DNA from: Pseudomonadota bacterium | GTDB lineage: Bacteria > Pseudomonadota > Gammaproteobacteria > JAKAQQ01 | NCBI GenBank assembly: GCA_021798795.1 | Contig: JAJZBR010000001.1 | Location: 3,818 to 67,817, forward strand | DNA: 64,000 nt | Direction of reading: 5' to 3' | Shown here: one piece after another, positions 63,553-64,000 of the stretch | How positions within the stretch are numbered: position 1 is the first letter of the stretch | How the letters are laid out: every line of letters begins with the position of its first letter | The notes under the pieces: model-generated | The model's input: only the letters and a program-made list of their open reading frames with translations | Databases searched by the model: none | Told to the model about the DNA's origin: nothing | Position numbers and translations under genes: made by a program

Positions 63553-64000
63553 TGACGGCGACCCCGCGAATCCGCCGGAGTACTTTCAAACCCGCCTGGT
63601 GGCTTCCCGGTGGCCATCTCCAGACCCTTTATGCAACCTATCTCAAACATTCGCCGCCTCTCAAACTCGAAACAGAAGCGTTTGAGCTACCCGACGGGGA
63701 CTGCACGCGGGGATTCTGGCGTCTACCCCGCAATCCGGACCGTCCGCTCGTCATCCTGCTCCCTGGACTCGAGGGGGATGCGCAATCACCCTATATCCGG
63801 AGTCTTGCGGACCGATTGGGCTGTCTCGGTTACGAGATTCTGATTCTCCCCTTCCGGGGCACCCGGAGCAACCCGAACCGCAGACGGGAGAGCTACCATG
63901 CGGGTTGGACCGCGGATCTTGACTGGGTCGTCGAATGTTATGCCCGGCGAGAACCTGCAGGAACGCTTGCGGTCATCGGATTCTCTCTCGGAGGCAATAT
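63553..64000 (+). CDS. Alpha/beta-fold hydrolase (YheT-like), N-terminal part. 3' end lies outside the window. Putative GTG start.
   Basis: ..PAWWLPGGHLQTLY.. and ..LVILLPGLEGDAQSPYIR.. resemble the YheT/abhydrolase N-terminus. GFSLGGN is the nucleophile elbow (GxSxG). Confidence 0.6.

Overview
This is a 64 kb segment of a high-GC (about 60%+) proteobacterial chromosome. Nearly all of it is recognisable core genome:

- A FadL-family outer-membrane protein, a BepA-like M48 protease, and a complete Mla phospholipid-transport locus (mlaA convergent with mlaFEDCB).
- Class I fructose-bisphosphate aldolase.
- The cluster fabD-fabG-acpP-fabF-mltG-tmk-holB-pilZ on the minus strand.
- A rhomboid-family gene divergent from a type II secretion block gspGHIJKLMN. 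No gspC, D, E, F or O is present in the window.
- A TviB/WbpO-like UDP-sugar dehydrogenase.
- The LPS/lipoprotein block exbB-exbD-msbA-lpxK-ycaR-kdsB and lolCE-lolD.
- aguA-aguB (agmatine to putrescine).
- rne/rluC/maf/rpmF-plsX-fabH, an EndoIII-like protein, rluB, scpB-scpA, trpS, an M50 protease, yciI-bolA, a parvulin, ligA, smc, queF, dksA, and a partial alpha/beta hydrolase.

The one clearly accessory stretch runs from about 32.1 kb to 42.9 kb. It contains:

- A 14-bp inverted-repeat element and a gene remnant.
- An AbiEii/DUF1814 nucleotidyltransferase toxin with an uncharacterised small upstream partner.
- gpmA flanked by unusually AT-rich DNA.
- Two tandem paralogous genes for roughly 1060-aa secreted BNR/Asp-box (sortilin/VPS10-like) beta-propeller proteins that share a 785-bp tract of 100% nucleotide identity. 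This is a gene-conversion signature.
- Two decayed transposase remnants (ISL3-like and IS630-like) bracketing a small Cys-rich secreted protein gene.

Other points:

- A hexanucleotide microsatellite sits in the scpB/rluB overlap.
- A Trm112/YcaR-like ORF (57 aa) is missing from the ORF track.
- The canonical plsX-fabH | fabD-fabG-acpP-fabF cluster is split between two places on opposite strands.
- No rRNA, tRNA or CRISPR arrays were seen.

All functional calls rest on recognising conserved motifs and gene order in the translated sequence. No database searches were run.
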